Shown: one piece after another, positions 1 through 13,079 of the stretch
How the letters are laid out: every line of letters begins with the position of its first letter
Position numbering within the stretch: position 1 is the first letter of the stretch
Origin: Macrostomum lignano
Taxonomy: Eukaryota
Assembly (NCBI GenBank): GCA_002269645.1
Contig: NIVC01001163.1
Location: 62,001 to 126,000 of the forward strand
Direction: 5' to 3'
Length of the DNA stretch: 64,000 nt
Translations under genes and position numbers: made by a program
The notes under the pieces: model-generated
The model's input: only the letters and a program-made list of their open reading frames with translations
What the model was told of the DNA's origin: nothing
The model's database searches: none

Positions 1-1530
1 TGCGCAAAACACATGCTAAATCGGATACATACAGGTATAAGCCAGCCCGACTGAACATTTTTATACAGCTATAGCTATAAATCTACCGATATTCAATTTT
101 ACAGTTAAGCTAAGCTTTAAGGAAGGAAGGAACAGGAAGGAGAGGTCTTAGAAAGAACGAAAGACTAAAAGATCTAACGATTTTTTATTATAATGATGAG
201 CTTAATAATATTTTTGATAGTACTCGTAATAAAGCCCCAAACAATTAGTGTCAACAATACAATATATTCTAGAATACACGCCAAAACTACGAGCTACACA
301 CAGCCAAGGAATGGCAGTAAACCAGGCAGTAATTGGATACATGTATGCAGAGCGAACAGGGGAATTGTTTGCAGGAAGTCGAATTTTATATAGATCTATC
401 ATTTGTGTTAAGCAAAAGAATCATGCATGTGCGCCACAGTGGCCGCAATTAATAATAGCGTGCGAAGAAGCGCAAATAACTATAATTTTATAATTAAGTA
501 GTGTGAGAAGGCAATTAGCATTGATTTAGCAGAAAACTTGCTAACTGTAGGAAAATCAAGAATAAATGAAAACAAAAGGATTGTTTTAATATGAACAAAA
601 ATTAAATATTAGGCGTCGCAAGCCAGCACGGAAAATTGCACTCTGCAGTGCCCGATTTTCTGGAATAGCTAAAAAGACAAATATTACCAATAACAGTTAA
701 GTTAGAAATCAAAAGCTTTTTGCATAATAACATATTAAAAATTATCGTACAAAACGTCATCCAACTCGCTCAAGTTGCTCTGAAATAATTTATCGCCTAG
801 ATTAAATAGATTTGATTTAACAAAACGCAACTAAAAACAACAGAAAAGCATCGGGCAGAGCAAAATATAATTAGAATCTGGAAGGTGGGCTTTGGCCGCG
901 AGACAATTTATTAACAAATTTAAATTAGAAAGCTATTATTACGGTTTGGGCTAGGCTCTGATACTTGTGTCGTGACGATATCAACTATAAAAAGCAAATA
1001 TTCTACTAGCAGTAGAGTATACAGTATACTGCTAATGCTACAAACATTTGCCTTGTTTTTTATTATTTAAAGTATTTTCCTAATTTTTTACTATAAGTAG
1101 AGCATTTAACATACGCTCATTATAATAAAATGTGCCACATTCTGTAGTTTTAAATGTATGGTTTAAGGACAATGCTAGATATAGCAGCTGTCAGTTTAAT
1201 TCATCAATCATGAAGTATTTTATATGGATGTTATTTTCTTGGACTAGCCTAGTGACCATTGAATAAAGCAAGAAAAATTTCCTGGCTTACACAATCGTAG
1301 ATCATCGGTCTTGTTTTACTGTGCTTACGAACATATGCTTAAGCAATTTTCTGCTTCAATACCTGGAGCCTGTCCAACTGTGACTACTTGCGAGTAGCCA
1401 ACCCTAGCACATCATCAATAAAACGTACACTTAGTTTAACTTTAATTTCCATAATAAAATGAAATACGAAGACTAAACTAGCAATTAGACAGCAACCCAT
1501 CTACACAGTTCGTATTAACACATTAACCGG

Positions 1531-4500
1531 CTACTTTCCGCCGCGACGACCCGGCGGTTTCGGCTTGCCAAACTTCTGGCCGGAGTCCACCTGCGGCGGG
1601 TGGAATTCCGTTTGCAAAGCGGACTCGGATAGCTCACTGGCGCTGTCCACCTCTAGCCGGCGATCTGGCTCGATGCCAAACTGCGAGCATTGCTGTAGAA
1701 AGAACGCCCTGCCGCTAGAGTACACCATGCGCTCCTTAATCGGGCACTTGTAGCCGGGCATTGAGTAGGCGAACAGCACCGGGGCCAGGCTCGCGCCCTC
1801 GTGCCGGTGCCGATAGCGGAACAGGTGATAGCGGGGGCTGTCCTCGGGCACCCGGCTGCCAAGCTGGTCGCCAGCCAGCCGCTCCGCCCGGTCCGGACAG
1901 CGCAGCTCCTCCACTGGGCGCAGGGAGATGCTAACCTGCGGTTTTCAGTAGGACAGGTGGGATATTTATTTGTGTTTCCAGCTTAGTTATCAAATTGGGA
2001 TTTTTAGGCTTGAAAATCTCACCAAGGAAAGATTAAGATAGGTAATCCAACTCTTACCTGGGGAACCCTAACATAGGAAATCCCACTCTCAGTCTCACCC
2101 GAGGAAACCCTAACATAGGAAATCCCACTCTCACCTGGGGAAACCCTAACATAGGAAATCCCACTCTCACCTGGGGAAACCCTAACATAGGAAATCCCAC
2201 TCTCACCCGAGGGAACCCTAACATAGGAAATCCCACTCTCACCTGGGGAAACCCTAACATAGGAAATCCCACTCTCACCCGAGGGAACCCTAACATAGGA
2301 AATCCCACTCTCACCCGAGGGAACCCTAACATAGGAAATCCCACTCTCACCTGGGGAAACCCTAACATAGGAAATCCCACTCTCACCCGAGGGAACCCTA
2401 ACATAGGAAATCCCACTCTCACCCGAGGGAACCCTAACATAGGAAATCCCACTCTCACCTGGGGAAACCCTAACATAGGAAATCCCACTCTCACCGAGGG
2501 AACCCTAACATAGGAAATCCCACTCTCACCCGAGGGAACCCTAACATAGGAAATCCCACTCTCACCTGAGGGAACCCTAACATAGGAAATCCCACTCTCA
2601 CCTGAGGGAACCCTAACATAGGAAATCCCACTCTCACCTGAGGGAACCCTAACATAGGAAATCCCACTCTCACCTGAGGGAACCCTAACATAGGAAATCC
2701 CACTCTCACCCGAGGGAACCCTAACATAGGAAATCCCACTCTCACCCGAGGGAACCCTAACATAGGAAATCCCACTCTCACCTGGGGAAACCCTAACATA
2801 GGAAATCCCACTCTCACCCGAGGGAACCCTAACATAGGAAATCCCACTCTCACCCGAGGGAACCCTAACATAGGAAATCCCACTCTCACCTGGGGAAACC
2901 CTAACATAGGAAATCCCACTCTCACCCGAGGGAACCCTAACATAGGAAATCCCACTCTCACCCGAGGGAACCCTAACATAGGAAATCCCACTCTCACCTG
3001 AGGGAACCCTAACATAGGAAATCCCACTCTCACCTGAGGGAACCCTAACATAGGAAATCCCACTCTCACCCGAGGGAACCCTAGCATAGGAAATCCCACT
3101 CTCACCTGAGGGAACCCTAACATAGGAAATCCCACTCTGACCTGAGGGAACCCTAACATAGAAAATTCCACTCTCACTTGGGGAAACCCTAACATAGGAA
3201 ATCCCACTCTTACCTAGGAAATCTCTCTTAAACTGTAACTCCTCATGCTAAAATGCATAATTTTTAGATACAAGGAAGCTTCTCTCCCCTAGGAAATCTC
3301 TCTCTCCACTAAGAAAGATCACTCTCACTTAGAAAATCTCACTATCCCCTAGGGAATCTCATTCTCACAGGAAATTTCTCCTTCCACTAGGAAATCTCAC
3401 TCTCTCCTAAGGAATCTCTCTCTCAGACACTCTGCTAGGAAATCTCTCCCTTCACTGGGAAATCTCTCTTTCATCTAGGAAATAGCACTCTCTACATTCT
3501 CTCTCTCATCCAGGAAATCTCACCCTCACCTGGGAAATCTCACTCTCACTAAGGAAATCTCACTCTCACCCTGGAAATCTCACTCTCTCCTAAGAAATCT
3601 GAATTTCTAATAGTCCATAACGCATTTCCGCGGGAACGCTGTCGCAGACCGCACACCCACCTGCACATAGTCGAGCTTGCCGGCGGCGAATTGTCGCAGA
3701 GCATCGGCGGCCTCGTCCGACATATTGAACCCGACGCCGGCCAGGGTCTGCTGGCGCTCGTCGATGCCGGCCTGCACCCGCTCCATCTCGCGCACCATGG
3801 CCCGCTCCTCTTCGGCCTGGGTGAGCGGCGGCGGCGCGCTAGCGGAGGCCAAGTGGCGATCGTAGCCGCTCAGGCAGAGATCCTCAGGCTGGGTGCCGGT
3901 CAGGGTGCCTTCCGAGGCCAGGTGCTCGCCGCCAAATGCCCGCTTGACGGTGGCGGCGGTGGCGCTGTACAGCATCTTGGCCCTGATCGGGGCGGAGTCG
4001 TGCACGTACTGCATGAACAGCCACTGGTAGCCATACGAGTTTGTCGAGTCCAATCTGTAGAACAGGTAGCAGGCGCCGCCTTTGACCAGGTGCGGAGTCA
4101 AGCACTCGTCGAACTGATCACGCCAGGTGGCGCCGGGCCTGACCTGTGCGCGGGTCTCCAGCTCTAGGGACTCATCGCGAATCACAACTTTGAGGAATCG
4201 CCAGTTGCTGTCTTCGGCGACAGCTTCGGCGAAGGCCTGCGAGAGCTCGTCATTTCCTGGCGGCATGGGTGTAGACTAATTAGATGACGAGGCATTATCA
4301 AAGTCATAGTGCTACTCATAGTTCTTGCTGATTACCCAACTGATATTAATGGGATGAAATGCACTTTCAATCAATGAATCAAGTAGACTAAAATTGCTAT
4401 ACATATAAATAAGTAATTAGGCTAATTTTTGGCTTGGGCTGCTGTAGCCCCCCCCCCCCCGAGGCCCAAAAAGGTCAAGAATCTAGGCCAAAAACATGGC

Positions 4501-6971
4501 CCAGGACCAATACAAAAAAGTCAAGAATTTGGTTCAAAACATTTTTGTTATAAAAGTAAAAGAAAAAAACTATTGGTAATTGGAAAACATTTATTAGAAA
4601 TCAAAAACAGAAATATATTTAATTTTTGCTTAAAATTGCTATTTTCTTATTTCTTGTTGGCTATTAACCTTGGCTAATAGCTTTAAGTATTATAGCTTAA
4701 AGTTCAAAAATTCAAATGCAGTATTTTCTAAGAAATAATAAGTTTTGTAGAAATTGTAGAAAAAGAATATACAAGAAAAAAATTTATTATAAAACAAGCA
4801 CTATATTATTATAAAAAGAGCACTACATCATGATTAATATTTAAATATTAATTATTTTGGATAAGCCCACTTTTAAGATTAATATAGTTCAAATAAATAC
4901 CTAAAGATCAGTTTTCTAATTCTCTTTTAATGTAAATGTAATGCTTAGTGGCTTTGCTTTTAAATGCAATAACTTTGCTTTATTGTAGGCCTAACTAGGA
5001 TAGAAGGCCCAAGAAAGCCAAGAAAGGTATCCTTTTGCAAGCTTGCTCTTACTTATAAACATTTCTAATAATCCTGAAAGTTGCTTAGTAAGTTTGATTT
5101 GGTTTATTAATTTTTATAGGATGAAAAACCCCAATTCTGGAGAATTAAAAACTGCTAAAAGTGAGAATTACTCAGTAGCCTAAGAAAGATTACCTTAGAG
5201 CAATAAATCACCATAGAGTATTAAAATCGCCTCATGGTAATAAAATGCTTATAAGCTGTGACCCTCTGATCTTGGGAATGCCCAGGACTGAGAGAAGAAC
5301 CCTTTATCGAAATAAAATAGGATTCAGTCTAGTAGATAAATACATGCACTACTAGTAGACAAATGTATACACTACTAGAAGTAGGCCTACATTCATGCAA
5401 CATCTGTAAAAGTATAAGCATTAGGAACTAATAGAATAACATTTGGTGGCAGCAATTGAGATTAAAAAAAAGAACTTTGGCCTTTTAACAATTCTGGTAA
5501 CAGCAGCAAGATCATCTCAGAGGATAGAAATTAGCCCTGAGACAGCTTCTAGTGGCATAATGGTAGGATTTGCTATAGTACAGGAAACAGCCCTATTACA
5601 GCTTTTGGTAGTATCAGTGGAAATATTCTAGAAGGCAAAAGTAATCCCTATTATAACATAGAATGCATCTAGGATTTTGTACAAAAATTCCATCCTAGGT
5701 CACATATAGATCTAACTTAATTGTATTATTTAAAGTTCTTAGTGCTATAACTTGATATATATAGACTTAAGAATTTTCAGACATACTAATGACTAATTGG
5801 TAGACTAAATATGAGTCTGACCCTATAAATATTATTAGACAAGAAGGTATAGACAAAATATAGCAAAAAATCATTATCAACTAAAGAACTTATAGAATAA
5901 TTTTATCATTTTAGAGGTTCTACTTTCATTAATAAAACCATTTGTATTATACTAGGCCTAGGGGCCTACACTCTACAGCCTACATTAAAATTGAAATATC
6001 CAATAACTTTTAAATGCTCTTATTTTATGACTCTTGTAGACTTTTAGTTTATTTGTTTCTTGAAATGTGAAGAAAAAGTTTTTGATACTCACTATGTTCT
6101 TTGTAGCAAATTTCCTTTTTTTATATAAACTTTGTTTAACGTAAGTAGAAAATTTATTTAAAAATAATATCTAATACGGTTAATATTCAAATCACACGTA
6201 CATGAGGCGTACATGATTTTTGGTATTCAAGATTTTTGGCGTGCAACAGAAACGTCATGTTAAGGGTTTTAAAAAATTGGCGTACATTGGCGTGCACCAA
6301 GGATTTTTCCATAAATTGATTCCCGCGTGCACTTGACACCTTCCTGACTATGGCACAGAGGGTGCACAGACAGTGCACAAATGGCGCATAGATGGCGCAT
6401 AGATGGTGCACAAATCGTCCCAAAAAATTATTCCGGCGCACACTGTGCCACCTTCCTGACTATGGCTCTTATAATTTTTTGTCGTTTAAAGTTAGTACTG
6501 TTTGTGTTCAAAAGAAAAATTAATTTAATGAATGAAAGAGGAAAATTGCCTTGAGATTATATTAACTAAGTTACAGATACATTAAATCTAGTTAAAAAAT
6601 AGACTTGCTATAATTTGGCTCTTTGGGGCCCTAAACTAGGGCACAGGCCAACAAAAGAAACAATAATTTAAATGCTTCCACTTAAATTTTTGCAGAAAGA
6701 TCATGGCATGATGAGAAAAAAGCATCAAAATTTTCTGAATTACAGCTATATTGTATTGGATATAGGATATTTTATAAATAGTTTTATGTAGATTGTCAAG
6801 ATATTTTTTACCCTAAATATAGTTTTCCGTCGCAATTAATGCTTCAGCTTCAGTCTGTAGGTTGTACTGTGCTTTTTAACTCTTTACTTTAGTTCTTCAA
6901 TTGGAAAAAAAATCTGGTGTTTTATACAAGAAATCTGTACGCTCACCTCTGATTCCTGTCTGATGAGCCAT
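1531..6971 (-). CDS. TWF: Twinfilin (two ADF-H domains plus capping-protein-binding tail); complement(join(1531..1935,3661..4256,6947..6971)), about 341 aa
   Basis: Micro-exon 6947..6971 encodes MAHQTGIR with a G|GTGAGC donor (twinfilins start MSHQTGI). Exon 2 has CYLFYRLDS...APIRAKMLYSAT...PLTQAEEE...QTLAGVGF and ends CAG|GTGGGT. Exon 3 follows aaaccgcag| and has PRYHLFRYRHRHEG...YSMPGYKCPIKERMVYSS...FGKPKPP. Phases 1 and 0 are consistent. Confidence 0.95.
2055..3215. repeat. 36-bp minisatellite, about 32 copies, in twinfilin intron 2; degenerate AGGAAATCTC-type repeats continue to about 3595
   Basis: Unit CCTGGGGAAACCCTAACATAGGAAATCCCACTCTCA with CCCGAGGG/CCTGAGGG variants; produces the 12-aa periodic ORFs MLGFP(R/Q)VRVGFP. 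Confidence 0.97.
6240..6465. mobile_element. Fragments of a CCATAG-ended MITE family (two right ends in tandem)
   Basis: CACCTTCCTGACTATGG ends at 6353 and 6465 match the terminal inverted repeat of the complete element at 23814..24252 and the end at 27309. Confidence 0.65.
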
Positions 6972-8010
6972 TGCGATGTATGATCCTAGAAGTGGCCAAC
7001 TAATTTATTATCTTGTCAAAAGCGTCGTCGACGTTACAATTTGGAGTAAGAAGTCACTAAGTGTTTTTCTTGTAAACGAAGGACTGATTTCTTGTAAAAC
7101 AGTTTGAAAAGTTTTTACGAGCTATTTTCGTCGTAGTTTAAATGAAGTTCACGGCCGCAACTATAAATCCATTTTTGCAGATTTTTAATTATATAAATCA
7201 GCTGGGGGTGTGGTAACAGGGATGCAACTAGGCGGGTGTGAGGGTTGGCTTAGCTTAACAAATAATAGTGTGTCGATGCTAGTCTACAACCTCACCGGCA
7301 TTGGATTGTGGACTTTATGACCCGATAAAGGACGACCCAAAAAAATCCAAGCCCATAGCCAACTGTAGGCCACCTCCTTGAGCTTCGGGGAATGAAAAAT
7401 ATCGCAATTAAAAGGAGCTAGGTCAAACGAATATATGCACGGAGGCTGAAACATTTTTTTAGAGTGACGTGCACTTGCATAAACATGCGAAATCATCTCG
7501 AGAAACTCACTCACTCCTGATTACATGTATCAACACGTAACTTCGATCGTACGCTACCCTGTCGACGGCTGCAACCCCTGTACCGTCCACCGGACATTGG
7601 CCGAACGGTGCAAAAATGAATTACAAGATAAATTTTGTAGGCCGCGGTTATTTGTTTAATTGGAATTGCACAACACGTCGATATTGGATAGCAAGTTCTG
7701 CAAGTGGCCTGTCGTACAAGAGTTGCCGCAACTGTCGCAGTATATTAATTAGTAGCTGCGCACAAACTGGTGGGCTTCTGAGCCGCTCTAAATCAGTGTT
7801 GTCGGCGATTTGACCACGCGAAATTGCTTGCTGAACCTTTGCTCTGACGTACAATGGAAGCTCTTGCATCCGCATCCGGCTTGAAACCAGCTCGCTCTAA
7901 TGCTTCAGCCAGATAAGAGGATTCGTAATTATATTTTATTAGTAATACAAGCTGGCAACAATTAACTGATCTCAGCGCTGCACATGCAGCCTCGTGAAAC
8001 TGTCGATTAT

Positions 8011-8113
<103 letters not shown>

Positions 8114-8139
8114 AATATAACGTTGTTAGTTAGTCAGCA

Positions 8140-10190
8140 GACAACGTCACATGGCGCGTTTTGAGGCCTGGGCGCGAACGTAGGCCGCACTGCCGGCAGT
8201 GTCCGGGGTTGCCGGCATCAGTCAGCAGGCAGTCGACGAAACGCCGAGTGCGCGCCCTGCCCCCGCCGGTAGGGTGCCTGCAGCGTCAGCAGCAGCACCT
8301 CCTGCACCGGCTGTAGACAGTACGACTCGGCTCAGATGATGTGGCCTGCCAGCTGGAGTCGTCGATGGCGCAACAGTTCTTCTTCTTCTTCTTCGGGGGC
8401 GCTCGGGCCAGGGCCCATGGCACCGGGCGTCAGATGGCGCCCGCCTTCCCGAGGAAGTTCAACACCGCGACGCAGTTCTCGAAGACTGCCGCGGGCTCCG
8501 GGCTTGGCCCCCAGAGGCGGCAGCGGTGTGGAGTCAGGGCGGGGCAGGAGATCAGCAGATGGGCCGCCGTCTCCTCTCCATCGCCACAGAAGCGGCAGGT
8601 GGGGGCCACGTCAATGCCGATGGCGGCCTGGAAGCCCCGCAGGGCCGGGCAGCGGTCGGCGCGCAGCTGGCAAATCAGCCGCTCCTGCCGCCGCGTGAGG
8701 TCGCTCGTCGGCGGAGGCGGCAGGCGGCCCGTCGTGCAGGCAAGGTGCCAGGTCAGCGAGCTCGTGCTCGCCGCCTCGGTGGCCGCCGCGTTGTAGGTTT
8801 GGTGCCAGCGGGCGAGGCAGTGGGGGCGGACGGCAGCGTGTGCGGCAGCCAACGGGACGGGCGCGGTGCCTTGCGCCAGCGTGGAGCCTCGCTTGGCGAT
8901 CTCGTCCACGGCCTCGTTGCCGGGGATTCCCGCATGGCCAGGCACCCACTGCAGGTGGACCGAGGTTCTCCGGGCCGCGAGGTCGGCGAGGCTGGCCCAG
9001 ACGGCGTCGATCATGGTGGCGCCCGTCGACTCAGGGCCGGACGCGAGCGCGCTGAGCGCGCTCAGGGAGTCAGAGCAGATGCGGACCGGCGACAGCTCTG
9101 CCGGTGTCGGGCTCGACCAGGACGCGCTGCCGCCGTCCAGGATGCCGTACTTCGCCGCTCCGTCGCGAGGACCTGTCGGACCTGTCCGACCTGTCCGTCG
9201 GTCCAGACCACAATGCCGGCGGGCGGCAGGGCGGCAAGCGTCTCTGGGACGTTCGCTGGGACGGGACAGGCCGGCGCGGCGATAGAGTGCCGCATTGTAG
9301 ACGTGCTCGTAGCCGATCTTGAAGGCGGCGCGCAGCAGGCCAGCGTGCGCTGCATCGACCAGCTGTTCGAGTGAATCCTTCAGCGTCCAGGTTTCGGTTG
9401 TACACCAGGACGGTCGATCACCGCCTGGAACAGGTCCTCTGGCGGTCGGGCATGGCCTCGGACTACAGCTGACAGCCCTCACGGAACGCCCAGGCAAACC
9501 CGGGCAAGTCCAGGGCGACGTCACAGGTCCTCGCGAACGTTAGGCACCACAGACTGCCGAGGTAGACGAACTGCTGACAGCACGGAAGCTTCGTCACCTG
9601 CCCTTCAGCGCCTCGGCAGAAAATTGCAGCATCGATGTCGTCCGGCACGCAGAGCACGACGGTCTTCTGCGCGTTGCATTGACCACCAGGCCGACGCTCG
9701 TCGCAACATTTACCAGCGAGTCCAGCTGGCGTTGGGCGCCCTCGACGGTCGAGGACAACAGGGCGAGATCGTCGTCGTAGCCAAGCACGCTGAGCCGCCT
9801 CTCCGGTTGGCGTCGACCCATGCGTCGCTTCAGCAGGAAGCCGTCGTCGTTAGAAGGGAGAGCAGTCCGCAGCACCCAGTCAAGCACCAGAACAAACAGG
9901 AACGGCGCAAGCGTATCTCCCAGAAGCACCCCATGAGAGGATGTCTCAAAGAGATCCGACAGGCCGTCCGGTGTTAGCACAGCAGCGCTCGTGCCATTAC
10001 AGCGCCATGACAGCGAAAATCAGCTGCTCTGGCACGTTGTACGCACGAAGCACCATTGGGAGCACGGCCCTCACGACCGAGTCGAAAGCCTTCCTGGAGT
10101 CAATAAAGAGAGCAATCAGGCTCGACTGGCGGGTCCGCGCTTCCTCGATGACTCAGCAAAGAGCCATCGAGGAACGTGCACCATATAGTT
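8140..10190 (-). mobile_element. Decayed, 5'-truncated non-LTR retrotransposon: RTE-like RT, then RNase H, then C-terminal Cys/His knuckle
   Basis: Broken frames give FIDSRKAFDSV, GVLLGDTLAPFLFVLVLD, LGYDDDLALL, FVYLGS, then ICSDSLSAL...HLQWVPGHAGIPGNEAVDEIAK (RNase H) and CRFCGDGEETAAHLLISCPAL. Stops and frameshifts are present. Confidence 0.85.
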
Positions 10191-11059
10191 AATTAACTAT
10201 TAGTTATAAATTTGTACTAATTAACTGTCACTTAAACCTGCTACGAGTACACTGCAAGCACTACAGCGTTAATTATTGCTGTGATGGGTTTCGGCCTTTT
10301 CGGCCCCTTTCGGGAAGCCTTCGGGCCTCAGGTCTCAGAAATAAATCAATTAGAGTCTTGGCCCCCCACTCCTGTCAGATGGTCAGCCCCATGGTAGCTT
10401 GATCTGTGGCGAGCAGTCTAGGTCCTATAGCTAAGAGAGGGACAGAGAGAAACAAGCAGGGAGAATTTTGAAGGTAGAGATCAGCTAATCCGTAGATTAA
10501 CTAACCCGCTGCCACCAGCGGCCGTGCGTCCTGGCTCACCACACCGGGACTGTCGAAATCGGGCTTCCGACTAGAGGGGGCTTAGCACTTACCTGCCAAC
10601 TAGTGTCTTTTTGCTGTAAATCTCGAAGTCATAGCCGATGTTAAGGGACACTGCTGGGACTTGATCGCATTGGCCATGCAGGTACAGAGGGGACTTGTGC
10701 AGGGGATTCTTGCAGTGGCGAGCCTATGGGGTAGTTACATGTACTATTTACATTGCTAAATACGAGGAATTGTACTTTGGACCTTCAACGCGCCAACCAG
10801 CAGCCTCTCCTAGCGCTGATGATAGGCTAACTCGAACATCAGAGACCGCATGATTCATTACCCGAGCCGCTTGGCGAATCTAGAGTGCACAGAGTACATC
10901 TTTAGCGCCGATTTCGCACTATTGAAACTTTGCTAACTGATTTGATAGATAGATCGACTGAGAACTGCCTTGCCATTGGCCCACTGTGACCGGCGCCTAC
11001 TAGCTTAGCTACTCATCTGAGCCATCGGCGAACTAAGATATAAAACCAATAAAAATAAC

Positions 11060-11710
11060 TGTGCATGTCAGATTTAACCTTCTCCTTTGATCACTTCACA
11101 CTTCAGATTGAATTGGAGTTTCAGATTACTAACAGTATTATTGAATGATTTCTGCCTCAATAACAGCACTACTGAACAAAATGAGCAAAGTGTGCGCCTA
11201 ATCCAGCTACTGAAATAGGGGACAGATAAGGGATCACCCAATCAAGCAAATCTAGGTAGCCTCTCACCCAACCAATCAGAATCTCAGCAGCCGGAGACCA
11301 GGTAATCCACAGTGACCGAATCGGCTTAGTGCTTCGCAGCTGTAGACCTGGGATGATGCTGTCACAGTCTTCGCAGATAGCTAGCAGGTGATGATCTTAA
11401 TCTTGATGTTCGCTGCTGACGACCGGGGGAATTCGTCCTTGATGATGACAGGAGGGTCGCGATCCGGGGATCAAGAGACGACGGTCGAGCTCCGTGAACC
11501 AGAAGTTGCGTACTGGGCCAGGAGGTCCCAGGAGGCGGAGCAGGAGGTTGAGTCCGAGCGGGCCAAAAACACCGGTTTAAATAGCCGCAAACTGGACCGC
11601 AATTTGTTAAAATGGAACACCTCGACGCTGATTGGCTGAGCCGATTTGTTATAACTGACGTCGAGTTTTCTGATTGGCTGAGCTTGTTGCCACCCAAATT
11701 CACGTGACCA
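11060..11710 (-). mobile_element. LTR-like or promoter-bearing repeat fragment (boundaries uncertain)
   Basis: Two CTGATTGGCTGAGC (CCAAT) boxes, TGACGTC and CACGTG motifs; a minus-strand TATTTAAA at about 11577; no host exon nearby. Confidence 0.35.
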
Positions 11711-12496
11711 GAAGATCCTATCAATTCCCTCGGGGCCATAAAAATACGCCAGATGCTGTCATAAATCACTCAAAATCGCTACATAATGATTTATGATCTT
11801 TCGCGTAGGAATTACAAAAATCAATGAAAAAATATGCATTAGAAAATCTTATTAAGTAGAAAGTGAAGATAATGAAGAGAAATCGCTAATCGCTAATCCC
11901 AAAGTACTTTTAGGGGTAAAACGCATAGCTGTCAAAGCTGTCAAACGCTTGAGTGAACACGAACAATAGGCCCTGATCTCATAAATCTGATGGCCTGTCA
12001 AAAATGATGAGAAAAAGCTATCGCCCGCATCCTCTCAGACCATCTGGCGCCAGCCTCAACACTGAGTGAGGCACAGGTGACTGTCAGACCAGCTCAAAAG
12101 CAATGATTTATGACCCCAAAAGTAGCAAAAACCGTGCCTATGTTATTATAACTACAAGTATGGCAAAATCATATAGCTACTGAAGTACAAAGATCCAACT
12201 AGTATGAATTCTAGAAAAATTACACAAAAAGGAGAAAAATGCCCATAGCCTGCTGTTAGTAAGCTAGCAAGTCTGGAGCCCATGTGCGAGCGTGAGATTT
12301 AAAAAATTGCGTCCTAATCAGCTGCCTGAAACGCCCTCTTTCTCTATCCCAAGGTTTGTCAGCATTTGTCATCTTTTACAGCAGCGTTCGGCCCAGTGCA
12401 AGGCTCTGCACAGGATTGTTTGAGTCGCAGCACGGCCGGCTGCTCGCTAAACTGCATGGCCAACGCAACCTGGCCGCTGAATTGAGCAACGTCATC

Positions 12497-12949
12497 AGAG
12501 ACATGATGAGACATGCACAGAGACATCCAGGCTGCCACCATGACCCTCTCAGGTCACGGCTGCTTCTCTAGGCACCAGTACCTGCAGGGCAACGCAGGTA
12601 CAGGGCAGGGCATCTGCAGTTTCTGTAACTCAGGTGACGAAACCGCTGAACATTTCGTCAGCATCTGTCCCGCCTTTACGCGAGCCAGACTCACTTACCT
12701 CGAGCCACACACATCTATTACTGAAGCGTGCAAAAACTTTAATCAGCTCATGCGCTACCTCCGGGCCACCCGCAGGGCTGAACTCTCCTTTCCAGAGAGC
12801 ACTATAGCTGCTGGCGACACAAGGGGACCTCCCTGGGCGGCGCCAACCTTTCGTCCATAGCGACGCGTCGGCCGTTCAGGGATTAGCGGAATGGGCGTTC
12901 GCGCCTTCCCGCTGTGTCCCCCGGGACAGCCCTGCAGCTAAGTACGTAA
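12497..12949 (+). mobile_element. 3' fragment of an I/Loa/R1-group non-LTR retrotransposon (Zn-knuckle end and 3' UTR) flanked by a 63-bp direct repeat
   Basis: ORF 12513..12860 has TLSGHGCFSRH...CSFCNSGDETAEHFVSICPAF; insert ends in CTAAGTACGTAA; 12434..12496 equals 12950..13012 with 2 mismatches. Confidence 0.8.
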
Positions 12950-13079
12950 GGCCGGCTGCTGGCTAAATTGCATGGCCAACGCAACCTGGCCGCTGAATTG
13001 AGCAACGTCATCGCTGTCGAGACGGCCTGTAGTGAGACGTGTTTGCAGCTCATCTTGGCCGGCCATCCTTCAGAAGTGA

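Noticed and set aside
2054-3207. Long periodic ORFs (MLGFPRVRVGFP)n
   Set aside because: Translation of the 36-bp intronic array; twinfilin splices across it in frame.
6955-7000. CTGATGAG followed by a possible stem (hammerhead-like)
   Set aside because: No GAAA after the stem; the sequence is the reverse complement of twinfilin coding exon 1.
10812-10840. CTGATGA...CGAAC hammerhead-like core
   Set aside because: Stem II is only about 2 bp, GAAA is not intact, and no stems I/III were found.
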